From Ginglymostoma cirratum (taxonomy: Eukaryota), in NCBI GenBank assembly GCA_024137785.1, contig JAHRHZ010000031.1:7141787-7205786 (forward strand): a stretch of DNA of 64,000 nt, read 5' to 3'. The translations under genes and the position numbers were made by a program. Of the stretch, positions 63,116 through 64,000 are shown piece by piece; the first letter of the stretch is position 1, and each line of letters begins with the position of its first letter. Below the pieces are notes generated by a model that had not been told where the DNA came from, did not search any database, and was given only the letters and a program-made list of their open reading frames with translations.

Positions 63116-64000
63116 TATTGTTTCCGTATGTTTTCGGTCAAGTAATGACCGAAGAGAATGACTGAGTACTGATGAGCAAACAAACAGTTTTGGTTATAAT
63201 TCTAAGAATAATCACTTTTGCTCACTGGAATATAATTTCTACTTAGTACCGCACTCCAAACCTCCAATATTTCTGTACGTAGATAATAGAGGAAACATCA
63301 CTTTGCAAGCTATACAGACAATAATGTTATGAACGTGCTATTTGATACCATTATTTTGAAGGATTCGTGTTGGAGGATGAAGCATGACAGTGGTTCGTTT
63401 AGATACCTGAACCTTTGTTTAATTTTTAAATGGGTCACTTGAAAGACTGTTTTTTAAAAGAAGGCACTTCTTAGAAGTCAAACACACTCAGCTAATTGTT
63501 TGGATGCATTTACTGGAAATGCCATGCTCGGATTTACAGCTTTATTTTGGACATTGCTTTGGGTTCAGTAGGGGTACAGCCTGCAGAGCCAGGATGCTGA
63601 CTGAATGTCACCTTGCACATTTCATACATTGTTCTTTTTTACTTTCAAGATCAATTATTGGTCAAAATTAAACTCTGCAAAATTAATTTTTTTTGTGATA
63701 TTTGGTGTACTTGCGTTATTTAGAAGTGCCGAGTATTTATACATTCCTCTCAAAAACTGTATTTATCAGTTTAGGTCTTTGCTGGATAAGACCTGTTTTT
63801 ACAATAACTCAATAGTTTTGTTATTTATTCAAGAAGCCTAGGTTTTTAAAATTTGGATCCTAATAGAGTCAAAATATATAATTGGTCCTGTTGGTGACTG
63901 GCACAGCATTTGAATTTATATTGTGACCAGTGAAGTGCTGGGACTAGATAGTGACAGCTCACTGTCCGACATGAGTCATTACAACAGATAGAAAGAGGAA

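Larger units (their letters stand above)
1..64000 (-). other. DMD: Dystrophin gene body (partial: intron 47 to intron 51, human exon numbering)
   Basis: Four minus-strand exons in the correct order, spliced in frame, resemble human DMD exons 48-51. No exon 47 or 52 was recognised in the window. Confidence 0.95.

Noticed and set aside
1-64000. CRISPR arrays, operons or other prokaryotic systems
   Set aside because: The sequence is eukaryotic intron/exon DNA; no regularly spaced repeats or dense coding regions.

Overview
This is vertebrate genomic DNA, almost certainly from a shark: it carries HE1-type SINEs, CR1/HER1 LINEs, DeuSINE-like elements and Penelope-derived repeats. The whole window lies inside the dystrophin gene (DMD) on the minus strand. 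Four coding exons matching human exons 48, 49, 50 and 51 are found at 59158-59322, 34137-34238, 28321-28405 and 19097-19335. All four have GT-AG boundaries and splice into one open 197-codon frame covering spectrin-repeat 19, hinge 3 and the start of repeat 20. The rest is intron filled with decayed and often nested transposon remnants (CR1, L2-like, Penelope, PIF/Harbinger, solo-LTR-like, several SINE families), plus a 100-N assembly gap. The most notable observations are: (1) minimal hammerhead-ribozyme cores in Penelope-type repeats, one intact and in the DMD sense orientation; (2) two short duplications whose copies lie about 1.6 kb apart, one copy of each sitting inside an old transposon; (3) inverted HE1 SINEs that bracket in-frame exon sets; (4) exon-length differences from human with splice phases conserved. 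Repeat family names and human exon comparisons come from recalled sequences, not database searches. Repeat boundaries are approximate.
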